Source: Selaginella moellendorffii
Lineage: Eukaryota > Plantae > Lycopodiophyta
Assembly (NCBI RefSeq): GCF_000143415.4
Contig: NW_003314444.1
Span: forward strand, 68,106 to 132,105
Length of the DNA: 64,000 bases
Direction of reading: 5' to 3'
The notes beneath the pieces were generated by a model. The model was not told the origin of the DNA. It did not search any database and was given only the letters and a program-made list of their open reading frames with translations. Made by a program: the position numbers and the translations under genes. This document shows positions 24,522-38,967 of this stretch, piece by piece; within the stretch, counting starts at the first letter, position 1; each line of letters opens with the position of its first letter.

Positions 24522-27500
24522 TGTTAGGCACTAAGTCAGAGTAATAGAATAAAGAAAGGTCCTTGCAATCAAGTGATTACCCCTTCAGCCAGTTGGCTTA
24601 GGGTGTAAGGGGTAGGATCCTAACATTGGTATTAGAGAAGTTGGTTGCGATGGCCGACCAAGTTGAACACTAGAATCCTATTGTCGATGGTGGTGCCGAC
24701 AATGGTGCTAACAAAACTGCAGAGATTTGGGCCATTCAAGATGTGGTTCATGAGCTGCGAGCCCTTAACCGAAATCAGCAAGAGATGCAAGACGAGATGC
24801 ATGGCATGATGGATACCAAGCGTGTTGAGGCACTCGAGGCTAGACGGGGTAGCACTCCAAGTAAGCCTTCTTTGGTAGATTGACTCAAGATTCCAAATTT
24901 TTCCGGTGATAGTGGTGTGGACAAGTGTCTCGCTTAACTAGCCAATGTGAAGAAGTTCTTGGCTATTAGGGGAACTCCAGATGCAAAGGCTTTAGTGGCT
25001 ATTCCGATGGTTTTGTGTGATGCAAGTCTTTGATGGTGGAATTGGCTTGAGGAGTCTCATGTTGCGGATAAAAAACCACCAATGTCTACCATGGATGAGT
25101 TTGAGGCTGCTTTCTGTTTACGTTTTGCCCTTTATTACGACATGGAGAATTCTCGTACAGAACTTTGACATTTCCAGCAAGGGAAAATGACACTTGGGGA
25201 CTATATTGAGAAGCTTACTCACTTGATTAGTCGTGTTCCAATGATGGATCCAGATCAAAACAAGTCCTACTTCATTGATGGCCTACATAGTGAGAGCATG
25301 TGCCAACACTTGCGTCATTCTCAGCCTACAAAGAGTTTGGAGGAGCTCTTTGATGTGGCTCGTCAACTTGACAATGATAAGCACAAGTCTCACAAGCGTT
25401 CGTGGAGTCCTTCTATTGAGAATCGTCGTGATGATCGCTGTGGACATAAGGATGGGAACAAGCATCACAAATTGATGTCGGTGGTGACTACTTCGGATGC
25501 AAAGGGGTCCAAGAAGCAGAAGTTCTTTGTGAAGAATTATAGATAGGGTTGTCATCATTGCGGCAAACTTAGACACTACAAGGCTAATTGTTCGCAGTTG
25601 AAGAACAAGCAGCAGGACAAGAAGAATGGCCAATCTTCTTCTCACGGTAAGTCAGATACTAAAAAGTTGCAAACTTTACAGCATGAGGATGACGAGAACG
25701 ACCATTCTGGTTGGAGAAAGAGACTTTCGATCGTTGCTCGTGAACTCAACTGTGTGTGGAACAAGATGGAGCTCGAGGATACATGTGAATCAGCTTTAAT
25801 GCTGGAGGGCATGTTCTGTGGCAATCCAGTGCGGATTTTACTCGATAGTGGGAGCGATGATAACTTTATTTTGGCAAAGTTTGTTGTAGAGCATGGCCTG
25901 GTCACACCCAGAGTTCTTCCATACATAGTGGAAGGTGCAGCTACCTCTGCTCAGCATTTCGATGCTTGTGTCAAGGGGCTGGAAGTGTTGGTTGGCAAAG
26001 CCACACTTGTGGAGACTTTTTATCTTGCGGATATCCATCGTGTGGATCTCATTCTTGGGATGCCATGGTTGGTGAAGGTGGATCTAGAGATAAAGTGGAG
26101 TATTAAGCGTATCTCGCTGGAGTATGGTGGTGTTCAAGATGTGTGGTTTGGTGAGGGTGTTCAACCACCAATTGTTATGCTCTCTGCTACATCTTTGAAG
26201 TAGGCTTGTCGTAATGGAAAAGCACTTTTGAGTTACTTGTTGTTTGTTCATGCATTGGGGGACCAAGGCACATGTGGGGGAGAAGCAGCAGTAGGGGATG
26301 TACTTGACAAGTTTTTGATGTTTTTCCATCTGAACTTCCTCATGGGTTGCCTCTGTTATGAGGTGTGGAGCATGGGATTACATTGGAGCCAGGGACACAG
26401 CCAATTTAATGGCGTCTATTTCGGTTAAGTTATGTGGAGGAGCAAAAATTCAACGACAAGTTAAGGAGTTACTTGAGTTTGGATTCATTCAGCCAACTAA
26501 GTCTCTGTTTGGTGCTCCGGTCTTGTTTGTGAAGAAGAAGGACGATTCAATGCGGATGTGTATTGACTACCACCCTTTGAACAAGAAGACAGTGAAGGAT
26601 AAGATGCCAATGCCACGTGTGGATGATATCCTAGACAAGCTTGGTGAAGCACGAATGTTTACCAAAATTGATCTAAAGAGTGGATATCATCAGATTGCCA
26701 TGGATGATGCATCTATCTCCAAGACGACATTCAATATAAGCTTCGGACACTTTGAGTTTACAGTTATGCCGTTTGGTTTGACGAATACACCAGCCACATT
26801 TACTCGGTTGATAACAAAGGTATTTGGGCGTTATCTTCATAAGTTTGTGAAGATTTTCTTGGACGATATTCTTGTTTTTAGCAAGAATATGGAGGAGCAT
26901 AAGGTGCATTTGCGCAAGGTTCTTTTGTTGCTCCAAGACAGCAAACTTTATGCAAAGAAGAGCAAATGTGAATTTGCAAAGTCGAAGGTGGAATATCTAG
27001 GCCATATTGTGACATCTAAGGGTGTCAAGACAAATCCAAAGAAGGTGGCTGTGGTGGAAAACTAGCCTACACCAACTACAGTGGTCAAATTGCATAGTTT
27101 TCTTGGTATGGCTAGTTACTACCGACATTTCCAGCATAAGTTTGGAGAGGTGGCTATTCCTTTGACGTGGTTGTTACGCAAGAATGTGCCATTCGAGTGG
27201 AAGAAGCCACAAGAGGAGAGTTTTGTGGTGCTGAAATGATTGTTGAGTGAAACTCCAATGCTTCGCATTGCTAATCCATTGAAACCTTATGAGGTGACAT
27301 GTGATGCGAGTGGTTATGCATTGGGAGGAGTTCTCATGCAAGAGGGACAGCCTATTGCATATGAGAGTCAAACTTTGAATTCCGTAAAGCAATGATATTC
27401 CACATATGAGCAAGAGTTACTCTCTACTGTTCATGCTTTGCAGACATGACAGCACTATCTTTATGGTGCAATGTTCGTGGTGTTGACAAATCACAAACCA

Positions 27501-28760
27501 CTTGTGTATCTTTTCACACAGAAGGAGTTGAACACTAGGCAAGCTCATTGGATGATCAAACTCATGGAGTTTGGGGAGTTTCCTATTGAGCATCGTCCGG
27601 GAAAATCAAATGTGTTGGTAGATGCTTTATCTCGTGTTCGTTATGTGACGACGTTACAAACACGATTTTGTCATCATTTGAGTAAAGTGGTCAGTGAGTT
27701 TGGGCAGCTGGTTGAGCATGCTCAGGCTCAAGATGCTAAGGTGCCCTCTTTGCGAGACTAGATGGAAGCCCCTTTCTCATTGATGGATGTGATTCTCTAC
27801 TACAATGGCCGTGTATATTTGCCACGGGTGGATGCATTAATTACTCAAGTTTTATTCCACTATCATGATTATCCTGAGGCTGGTCATTTTAGGGGGAAGA
27901 AGACGTATGAGTTGATTAAGCGCAACTTTTATTGGAGGAATATGAAGACTAATATCCTCAAGTATTGTAACTCATGCGAGCTTTATTAGCGGGTTAAGGT
28001 GCCACGGGAGAAGCTAGGGGGACTTTTGCAACCTTTACTTATTCCTTAGAGCCGTTGGTGTAGTATCTCTATGGACTTTATCACTCATTTGCCACGAGCA
28101 CAGAGGCAAAAGGAGCAAGTATGGGTCATAGTGGATCGGTTGACGAAGTATATGCGGTTGTTGGCTCTTCAGAAAACTGTCACTGCCTCAGACTTGGCTG
28201 CAGTTTGCTTGGAGAAGGTTTTTTGGTTTGCCGGAGGACATCATTAGTGATCAAGATTCAAAGTTCACCAGTGGATTTTGGAAAAAAATTACAAAGGCTA
28301 TGCAAGTGACTTTGAAACTCTTGAGTGGAGATCATCCTCAGACGGATGGGCAAACCGAGCGTGTGAATCAAGTGGTGGAGGATATGCTACGTTGTAGCAT
28401 TGGTCAAAGGCAAGGACAGTGGGATCTATATCTTCTGTTGGTGCAATTTGCTTACAACAATAACCAACACAATGGAACCAAGCTAAGTCCTTATTTTGCC
28501 ATGTTTGGAAGGCATCCTCGAACATCGGTGGAGTTGAACTTGCATTTGAGTAAGGATGTTCAAGATAAGCTTGATTCCAAGGCGACTGATGAACTTGATG
28601 AGATTTTGGTGGTGTGCAAACGGAATTTGCAAGCAGCTCAGGATAAAGCGGAGAAGTTTGCCAATGAGCATCGTCTATTCCAGGAATATAAGGTGGGTGA
28701 TCTCATCTTTGTGCAAGTGATCTTTCCGTCAAGTGAGCGGCGGAACAACTTGGTGCCTTC
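24522..28760 (+). mobile_element. Ty3/Gypsy element D with a 104-bp LTR and degraded gag-pol; 3' end deleted
   Basis: LTR 24522-24625 (TGTTAGG..CCTAACA), PBS ttggtattagag, ATG at 24650. Motifs: knuckle CHHCGKLRHYKANC, LLDSGS, FLDD, TCDAS, HDYPEAGH..CNSC, MDF, ISDQD, GQTER. Confidence 0.92.
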
Positions 28761-29418
28761 ATGGATTATTTATTATTTATCGCTAAATGATAGCTTACCG
28801 TGTCTACCAAACACCCTCGCTATCATGCTCTTAGTGTTAGTCTCATTTCGGTCCCAAATACTAATTATGCAAAGTGTCTAGATTTGCTTATTTGGCATAT
28901 CTACGGAATGTAGAGATTTTGGCCTAAACACAATGGTGTTTGTCCTGTGTCCAAATTCGCAATCTAAGGCCATTCTATATTTGGTAAGTTTTGAACTTAT
29001 CCTAGAGACTAACTCCTGGTACTAAGGGAGGCTTGGGGTGAAAGCCTAAAGTATGTGTCTCTCAAGGGGGGGGGGGGGCTGTGGGGGGTTCCAAATGTAT
29101 AGTAGGGATAGTGGTTGGAATGCATGTCTGACCACTTGAGGCATTAGTTTGGCTCCCGCTGGGCTGTGTTGCTCCTTGTTTTGCATCCAGCTTGGGTCTA
29201 AGCCTAAGCTCCATGTTGCTTTAGTCGGTGGGGTACCCTCCTCCTCGCATTAGGCCACCGGTATGCCAAAATTGTGCTAGATTTCGTCTAACACCATTTT
29301 GTGTGCAGGTGTTGGATATGGGGAGTTAGTGTTCGTGGGATTGTATCGGACCCTCGTTTCGTAGTGCAACAGGCTTGGAATTCGACTCCAAATTCAGGTG
29401 CACTACGCTTAAGCATCA

Positions 29419-29441
29419 ACACACACACACACACACAGATA

Positions 29442-29497
<56 letters not shown>

Positions 29498-29508
29498 CAT
29501 ATATATAC

Positions 29509-29539
<31 letters not shown>

Positions 29540-29775
29540 CATATATATATACATATATATATATACATATATATATATATACATATATATATATACATAT
29601 ATATATATATACATATATATATATACATATATATATATACATATATATACATAAATACATATATATACATACATACATATACATACATACATATATATAC
29701 ATATACATACATACATATACATACATATACATACATACATACATATACATACATATACATACATACATATACATA

Positions 29776-29816
<41 letters not shown>

Positions 29817-30481
29817 ACATATACATACATACATATACATACATACATACATATATACATACATACATATATATACTTACATACATATATACATATATAC
29901 ATACATACATACATATATATACATACATACATATATACATACATACATACATATATATACATACATACATACACACATACATATACATACATACATACAT
30001 ACACACATACATATACATACATACATATACATACATACATACATAGACATACATATATATATACATATATATATATACATATATATATACATATATATAT
30101 AGATATATATACATATAGACATATATATACATATATATACATATATACATATATATACATATATACTTATATATATACATATATACATATATATATACAT
30201 ATATACATATATACATATACATATATACATATATACATACATACATATATATATACATATATACATACATACATATATACATATACATATATACATACAT
30301 ACATATGCATATATACATATATACATACATATATACATACATACATATATATATATACATATATATATACATATATATATATATACATATATATATACAT
30401 ACATATATATATATACATACATATATATATATACATACATACATATATATATATACATACATATATATATATACATACATA

Positions 30482-30529
<48 letters not shown>

Positions 30530-30548
30530 TGTCTATATATATATATAT
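29419..30548. repeat. Compound (CA)n/(TA)n/(TACA)n microsatellite, ~1.13 kb
   Basis: Direct reading. Confidence 0.98.
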
Positions 30549-30551
30549 CAG

Positions 30552-30740
30552 TGTGATGCTCAAGACAACTTAATAGGTAGATGGTAAAGCAGGAATTTGA
30601 TATTTTACTTTTATCTTTCTTGATTTCTTATCACAATATATTATTTCTAGGTCTACCATAAAGGACCCTTAAAGGGTGTTTATTTTTGATAAAAACATGG
30701 AAGTTACCTAAAGTTCCTTATGATGTTAGAGATGTCACAT
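30552..30740 (-). repeat. Right arm of the ~190-bp inverted repeat
   Basis: Reverse complement of 13899-14078 plus 29413-29420; termini TGTGA..TCACA. Confidence 0.9.
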
Positions 30741-30940
30741 CAATCAATAGAGCAAGGATTTTTAAGAATCAGCACTAAAATTTGTCAAGGATGTCTGTCT
30801 TTTGAGGAACTGTTGGTAGTCAAGCGCAAAAAAAAACTGGCTTGGAGGACTTGATGGAATACTCTCTTATAACGGTTACTAGCAGGGAATCCAGCTCTGC
30901 TGGGATATATAGGACATCTGTTACATTGGTGACATGAATC

Positions 30941-33900
30941 CTAGAGAATTTCTTTGTACACAATGTTTTTCGTATAGACATTATGGCTCTGGAGCACACC
31001 TTGTCCTTCACATTGTTCGATAGACATTGTAATTTGTTTCTTTGATGTTCCTCTTGAAAGTGCAACATAAAGTTGACCGTGGCCAAAAACAGGTCTTGGC
31101 AAGTAAATACCCACATTCTGTAATGTTTGTCCCTGAGATTTGCAAATTGTTATGGAGAATGCAAGCCTTATTGGGAATTGTCGTCGTTTGAGGATAAATG
31201 GCATGTCTCCTTCAGTTGGTTTTAAAGAGATTCTTGGTAGGAGGACTTTTTTTCCTTGCATACCATTATGTAGAATCTCAGCTTCTATAACATTTGGTAG
31301 TGCCTTGGTTATAATTAGTTTAGTGCCATTACAGAGGCCTTTTTTAGTGTCAATGTTGCGTAACAACATTACAATACATCCGATTTTTACCTGTAGCTTG
31401 TGTGGAGGCATTCCAGATGGTGTTACTGAGTTTAAAAATTCTACAGGATAGTCCAACATCTCTTCTTCCGAATCTGTTTCTACAATGTCAATGCTTCTGT
31501 ATGTTATTGTTCTACCAGTCATTCTCGAAAGAACTTGGTCGTTCATTTGTAGAGAGAGATCATTTAAAGTCGTGAGAATAGCTTTCTGTGATAGGTTTGG
31601 GTCATTTGGTTGTATATGCTTTCCAAACACATTATCTATCATTTGTTCTCTGGATGTCGATGTTAGAGGTAATTTTATAACTTCTTGGTTGAATCCTTGG
31701 AGGCTAGGTAGGTTACCATTTCCAAGCTTCACAAGCCATCTAGACCATTCCTTTTCTTCAGAGTTCACCCTCATGTTTGTATGTAATGAGAACTTTACAA
31801 GTTTCCACCATATTGGTGAGGATTTCATGCTGTTTTGGATAATTTGTGTGCGACGGGCTCTTTTTAGAACAGCGTAATGTCTGTCTGAAATCTCCTCCTG
31901 TTACTAATGTGATGCCANNNNNNNNNNNNNNNNNNNNNNNNNNNNNNNNNNNNNNNNNNNNNNNNNNNNNNNNNNNNNNNNNNNNNNNNNNNNNNNNNNN
32001 NNNNNNNNNNNNNNNNNCTCTCGACAGCTTTAAAGCGTGAACGGGTACCATGCTTATTTCGTCCCATATGAGCAGGTCAGCTCTTCTTATGACCTCGGCA
32101 GGTGCTGAATTCTCTCGCAGGTCTGAGGTGCATGTTTCTGTGATTGGTACTGGAAGCTTAAATGTTGAATGAGCCGTTCGGCCTCCTACAAGAAGAGTAC
32201 TCGCTATTCCTGTCCACGTGACTGCTAAGACTTTCATGCCATAAGCAGTAACATATTTTATCAGCGTGTTAAAAAGGTATGATTTCCCTGTGCCTCCTAC
32301 ACCATCAACAAAGAATAATCTGCTTGTTTCTTTTTTGTTTTGTATTGCATTCAAGACATTGTTAAATATGTGAAGCTGTTCCTTGTTCAATCTGGTTTTT
32401 AGTAATTCAGCTTCATCAGGTGTGCATGGCACACATCTTGTTTCAGTTGTTGTTTTGTTAACTCCTATAAACTCTGGATCTGGTAACTCGTAGTCAGACA
32501 GTTTCTTGCCATGTTCCTGGAGTAATATTGACATTTCATTCAATCCATGTTGCATTGCTGCTTCATAGTTGTTGTGATTTCGGACCAAGTCTTCACACAT
32601 CCCTTCCTTGAATTTATCCCATAGTTTTTTGGGATCAATGAGCTCGCAAAATAAACACATGACACTGAATAGATACCTTACTTTTGCAGGCATCTGAAAT
32701 GTCAACGACTCTTCTAAACATTTCTCCCACTCACAATCATCCTGTAGAAGTCCCATTNNNNNNNNNNNNNNNNNNNNNNNNNNNNNNNNNNNNNNNNNNN
32801 NNNNNNNNNNNNNNNNNNNNNNNNNNNNNNNNNNNNNNNNNNNNNNNNNNNNNNNNNGTAGAGCAGGATCATACGTAGGTAGAAACGTTCAGAGTCATGT
32901 GGTGATACAGTGTACATTCTACCAACCACCTTGAATGCACGTTGGCGTGGTGTCCACATTCTGTTTCTTGAATTCCATGTATACCACTCAGGAATCTCGT
33001 GGTACAAGAGTGTCCTTGCAAATTCATCAATCTTGTTTAGCTCAAACCATTCTGTCAGTTTGGTTTTACGGCCTCTTTGTAATGCAACCTCTTCCTCACC
33101 ATCATTGAAATAAATATTTTGAAGGTTTTCCAGGTGGATGTCCAGTCTCTCAATAGAATGTGATCTCCCGTGTAAGTCATATCCATAGATCCTCCATATT
33201 CCTTCTGATGCGGAGACATAGCGGCAGTTTCTGAAAGCCTCTATTTCGTCCCAGTCTAGTACTTGTTCTGGTGTTGAGTTCTCATCCCTTCGAAGGCGTA
33301 CCTCCGCACAATCATGTCCCTTGTATATGTATTTGAATATATACTTGACACTTTTTACAGTGGAACACACCTCGACATTTATGTGTGCTCTGTACTTACG
33401 TAAGAGGTACTTGTTGTATGGCACAACAAACCTGTTGTCAATGGGTTTGTTCTTTATTAGGACTGTATGTCCTTCTTGGCGCCTTCTATACTCTGGAAAC
33501 TGACCACCGACATTCTGTGTTTCTTCACAGTAATCTCTTGGATAGTGTGACTTACATTCACCATCCTTCGTGCATGGGCTGTTTGGAAATTCAGGCCAAT
33601 TCAGGCCCATGTATCATGTGCTTTTTAACCAATTCATATAATTCTGGGTCTAGTCTGGCATCTGGTATTTCGGCAGTAACTATATTGTCTATGTCATCGA
33701 TAGTTCTGATTTTATTATCTTTACCAAGGATCACCAAAATATGACAGTGTGGCAGTCCTCTTTTTTGGAATTCAATCACATAGACATAAGCATTGACCTG
33801 GCCAAATATTTCTCGTTTGTAAATGTCATCTATGAGTTCTTGTTTCTTGATGTGGAACACACGTGCAACCAAGTCAGGTCTATCTGCAGTTGTTTGTCCA

Positions 33901-35276
33901 GGTAGAAGGTTTTCAGTGATCTCTTTCCATTTAGGATTGCAGGTGAATGTTATGAACAAATCAGGTTTTCCATACTTCCTTACAAGGCTCATGGCATCCT
34001 GGTAGTTCTGATTCATCTGTCGTGGGCCTCCAGTGAATGAGGATGGAAGTATTATTAGTTTTCCAGCACGTACCCCTTCCTGTTCGGCTCTGTTTTTCAC
34101 GAAATCTGAGAGGCCACCGTATGCTTCAGCACGTAGCTCACGTTGGTGGTTTCTTATCCATGTTAGTCGGCCACCTTCAATCTTGGTGTATGTATTGACC
34201 ATGTATTGTTATGTGAGTTTTCCTGCTGTCAACACAGGGTTGAAATATATGCTTCTTATGCCATTGTGACATATGCCCCATATAGCAAATTTGTGCTGAT
34301 AAAATTCCATCATTGTGACATTACAACGTTTAAGTGTATTGCCGTTATCTGTGTATTTTATATCATTTGACCATCCGTCCTCTCCACTGGGAAAAAGAAT
34401 TGGGTAGATCATAGGGTCACAACATGATGAAATGATTGATATTTCCTGCATTGATTCTTCCTTTGGATAGACTGCTATACTACGGTCAAATGGTGGGTTC
34501 CCACTTGGATTTGTAAAAATGGCAGCAATTTCATTTGAACACGGTGCATTGTATCTTCGAGGATCTGTTGTGCTCTCTCCCTTGATGTACATGACAATCT
34601 CTTGTGATGAAAGAGACATCTCATTCTCAAGCTCATGCAACATCTTGAATGCTTTTGCATAGGGATTGATTTCTCGTAAGAGAACATCTAATCTGTACAT
34701 TAGTTCCCGGTCGCATTTTTTGTTATGCATATTTCTCATTCTTGTTTCTGTTGCTTGTGCCGTATCTAGAATATAGAGTTGTGAATACATTGCTTCTTGA
34801 TCATCTCGTGGTCTGAAGCTGCCCATTCGGTGATACACTTGACCGTGTATCTTAAAGTAGTATGGTCCACCACCCGAAAATTCTTCGATGTTTGCTCCCA
34901 TGGAAGCAAATGCTAGAGCACTATTATAGTTCCTTATTAGTTCTTTGAAATTTCCCTGGTTTGAATTACCTTCTAGCAACCTCTGGATCAATTCAGGGAA
35001 ATGGTTTCTATTTTTTATTTGGACACGACCGTGATGACAGCATTGTGATTTTGTTTCTGCATTAAAATGGAAAGCTCTGCAATGGACACATTGTTTGTCC
35101 ATTGGCCCTATGTAGTTTTCTTCACAGTTTCCTTCATGATTTGTGTTTAGGAGCCCCATTTTGTTCTGTATATAGTGATTCATTGGTACGTTAATGTGTG
35201 GTGCATTTGTGTTATTCACATTTTCAGAAATGCTCAAAACCAGTTCTGTTGTTGCTCGTCTTTTTCTTGTGTTCAT
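30941..35276 (-). pseudogene. Helitron RepHel transposase (zinc finger, HUH Rep, Pif1 helicase), intronless, ~3 disruptions
   Basis: CVHC..CCHHG; PDLFITFTCNPKW, VIEFQKRGLPHCHIL, YIFKYIYKG; GVGGTGKS, GRTAHSTF, WDEISM, GGDFRQ, LRNIDTKKGLCNGT, RRQFPIRLAF..KSQGQTL, FGHGQLYVALSR. Stop at 34209-34211 and frameshifts near 33600 and 31865. Confidence 0.97.
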
Positions 35277-36849
35277 TTTGCTTTTGAAAGTGGATTAAGT
35301 GTGAAATAGCAATAGAGTAGTTTGAGCACAGAGCAGTATGGCAGTAGTGAAGAGAAAATAGATTTTAGGAAGACACCATCGAGGGATGGTTGTTCTTTTG
35401 TCTTGAAACCCTAGAGTTTGTGTTCTTATCAGTTAGGGTTTTTATTTTCTTTTCTTACAATTAATATGGGGCTAACCGATAGACTCTTTTTGAAATTCTA
35501 TCCATTCCATTGGTAACTGGTTGAAGACATTGATGGGACATGTAGGAAGCTTCCCTAAGATAATTTTGTGGTTCATTATACTGAAAAAGCATACTGCAAA
35601 TATTTACCATGATTCCATATCTATCATGTAATTTCATGTATGAGATCTTCATGAAAACATACCTTTTTGACACTGGACGAATGGACAGCCATGCTGTTGT
35701 TTAGTATCTGGTCTTTCTTATAATGTGTTGTGTCAAAATCTAGTATCATAAATGGATCTACACGTGAGAAAGCTCAAGCTACATGAGGAATACCCAGACC
35801 TGAGCTTGAACACAGAAAATACTCCACTGGCTGTGTTACAATGAATTTGCGCATGCAGCAGTAACATAGCCAGTGGACTATTTTTTAGCCACCTTGATAA
35901 CCACAATTCACAACTCTGAACAAGATTGTGTTTGAAGAACAGAAAAGAGTGCAACGAAAAGCCAAACATTCCTTTTTGTCTTCATACACATCCATGTTGA
36001 GCTTTGTATAATAAACACAAGGTCCAACTTAATAAAATGAAATAATCATACATTCCATCACACTATACCATATACTCTCACATACTATACTATATCAACT
36101 ATCACACTGATGTACATTCAATGTCCATCAATGTTCTGGGATTAGACGCCATGATTAATACCTCTGTTCATTGTATCTCTCTCATTCATCATGACCCCAT
36201 ACCCAAGAATCAGTAGCAAACACCTTTTTTTTTTAAATTTCCGGTCACAAGTACATTGACAGCAAGAGAATGGGTAGTTATACCAGTGATCCAACAGAGA
36301 TCATATTTTTTTCACGCTTCAGTGGTTTTATTTTGAACATTTAATTTTCCAAAAATATGTGGTTGAGGATGACTGAAATTAACAGTGATTTATGCCTGAA
36401 AGTAGCAGCNNNNNNNNNNNNNNNNNNNNNNNNNNNNNNNNNNNNNNNNNNNNNNNNNNNNNNNNNNNNNNNNNNNNNNNNNNNNNNNNNNNNNNNNNNN
36501 NNNNNNNNNNNNNNNNNNNNNCTCTAAGCCGACAGGCTAAATGTATAATTTTCAAGCTGGTTGATAAATTCTATAATCTTTTTGTGTGTGTTATTTGAAT
36601 ACTTACTTATTGTGACTCTTTTTGCCATGAAGGGCACATAAATTGATGGCTTCAAAGAGTTGGACAAGGTAGTCCTCAGCAGCCTGTTGCTCTTTTGATG
36701 GAACACTTTGCATGCATGACAGTTGGAACCTGATGATTTTGATCCTTTTATGTCAAACTGGTTTTTCTTTTCAAATACTAATAACAATTTTTTCATAGAC
36801 TAATATTACTTTTATTCTATAAAGTCTAATCTACAACAATTCTTTCTTC

Positions 36850-38611
36850 ATACATATGTCAAGCATATCTTCGGCATCATTGAATGGATTGTATTCGAAT
36901 ATTTCTTTAGCAAAGTCCAGACTAATTTGCAGCACAATGCCTTCAAGACAGATTGGCTTCCAGTTTTCCACCCCTCACTTTGGATGGTACTCATTCATAC
37001 TGTTAAGAAGCCGTTGAGCCGTTTCCTTTTTTAGTTCCTTACACACGTCAAATGGAATGCCATATCCATAATGCAATGCTGAGAAGACATATGGATGGAT
37101 TCCTCTTGTGTTTTTATCAAATACCTTTTGTACTTCTGCTTTGTTTGGTAGGCGATTCTTATTATACTTCTTGCCATTTAGAATCTGTGCTGTGAATACT
37201 GCTGTGAATCCTGCATGTGATAGATTTGTTTTTGTAAAAAAAAGTAGAGAACAAAGAGTATAACATCCACACTTACCCGGTGCAACATTCTTTCTCTTGT
37301 TGATTCTCTTAAACTGTTTGACTTTGCTTATATATGTTGTAATCTTTCTTGAGACCCCATCACTGCTAGCAAAGCCATACATGTATTCTGATGGTGGACA
37401 CCCAAGCACATCAAGTTTTCGTGCTTGACTGTCAGTTGGAAAGAATCTATCACGTTCACAAGGTTTCATTAACCATCTTTTCGAATCTAAATCTAAATTA
37501 CCTGTCGTTTATCATGAAGTCACGACGGCATACGCACTTAATTCCTCTTTTCTCTATTTCACTTGTAGCCTTCATCCACTTCTCCATTTTTTCTGCTTCG
37601 TTGCTTCTCTCTGCCATTTCCTTGAGAAAGTATCTATTAACCTAGGTACACGTGAAAATGTTTTGAAGCTAGTCTTGTTGTAACTGTTTTTATAATAGAG
37701 AATATCTGTTTCATATGTTTAAATTCAAGGTCTTTTCATCACTATGGATAAACTTTAAGTGATTATCTTTCTTTGAACTACAGTCTAACCAATGCTAAAC
37801 AAATGCATCAGAACCCCAGAGCATGAAAGACTTAATGTTCAACAGATGCTGTACGGAGCTTAGTCTTTTCGTGGATAACACACAAATGCTAGATTGCTTT
37901 GGGTTTGAGAGATCTATGGCTTCCTTGTAGATATGCTGGCCTAAGTCTTTTTTGTTCTTGGTTTAATATGAAGTTCTGACCAAATAGAAATACGTATTTA
38001 AAGATTTTTTAGATTTTGTGCAACAGTTTGACTATCACATTACACAAGTCTGCACATGGATCAACAGAGTCCTGGACATAGGCAGATAGGGTGTAATTCC
38101 AGTTTTTAGCAGGTATTCAGAAGCCAAATATAACTCTTTTAAGAAGTTGAGAAACTCCATCAAGTCCTTGTGGTCGCTTCCTCACAGCATTAACGACGTC
38201 CACCATGGCCTCTTCTCTGATATCACTGTAGTTGCTGTGTGCTAGCTTCGTGTAGAAAAATGGATAGCCCAGTTCTGCTACAGTGACGTTATCTTTGGGA
38301 TTATCCTGAAGTGCCTTAAAATGCTATCCTGGAACAACATGCGTGACAATGTATAGCAGTAAAGAGTTGTACCTTTGCAACCAAAATAATCAGGCGACAG
38401 AGCTTCCTGAACTGGCCAAATCCGTTTGGCAGACAAAACGCAGTGGTATCAAGTTATTATTTCGAAATGCAACAAATATCTGGTTCAAATCTCTCCTTTT
38501 GATTCTTTGTTATGATTTTCACCAAGACCGCATACTGACAATACTGAATTTCTCGAGCAGCATAAAAATCAAGAACAAGTAAACAATATCTCACAATTTA
38601 TTATCTGACAT
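36850..38611 (-). pseudogene. Unknown intron-containing Helitron cargo gene, partly degraded
   Basis: 164-aa ORF at 36975-37469 plus upstream coding-like blocks (AELGYPFFYTKLAH; DLMEFLNFLKELYLASEYLLKTG). Repeated at 48437-49960. No family recognised. Confidence 0.45.
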
Positions 38612-38967
38612 TGGAGTTTTCTCTGGTGCAATGCAAGAACAGAAACTATGTATTGGTGTTTTATTGTAGCCATTTGTTCTTACACTTCGGAACTTGCGAT
38701 GAGAACACGGAAGAGCACTTGGTGATCCACTGAGGAGTCTTTATTATAAGGCTAATTGACCTCAGTTAAGGTCTCCATATCTATTATTCGTGAGCTTGGC
38801 GAGGAGAGACTCAAGCAAGCATTCTGCATGAACCATTCTGTCAGACAGGTTAGTGCCCTGGGGAGATGCAATATCTGTGGCGTCTAATGCACAGGTACAG
38901 CTACTCATGTGCGTCACCATCTCCTAGGGCTTGGCTCTGGCTGTAATCCTGTCTCGCAAGAAGGCAT

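Larger units (their letters stand above)
14079..29407 (+). mobile_element. Ty3/Gypsy element A and everything nested in it (outer boundaries)
   Basis: 5' LTR 14079-14981 (TGTCG..CACTACA), PBS TGGTATCAGAG at 14984-14994 (tRNA-iMet), partial 3' LTR ~28780-29407, TSD CTTGA (14074-14078) / CTTAA (29408-29412). Confidence 0.88.

Noticed and set aside
29288-30563. Long Y/I/M/C/V/H/T-rich ORFs up to 354 aa
   Set aside because: Translation artefacts of the TA/CA microsatellite.
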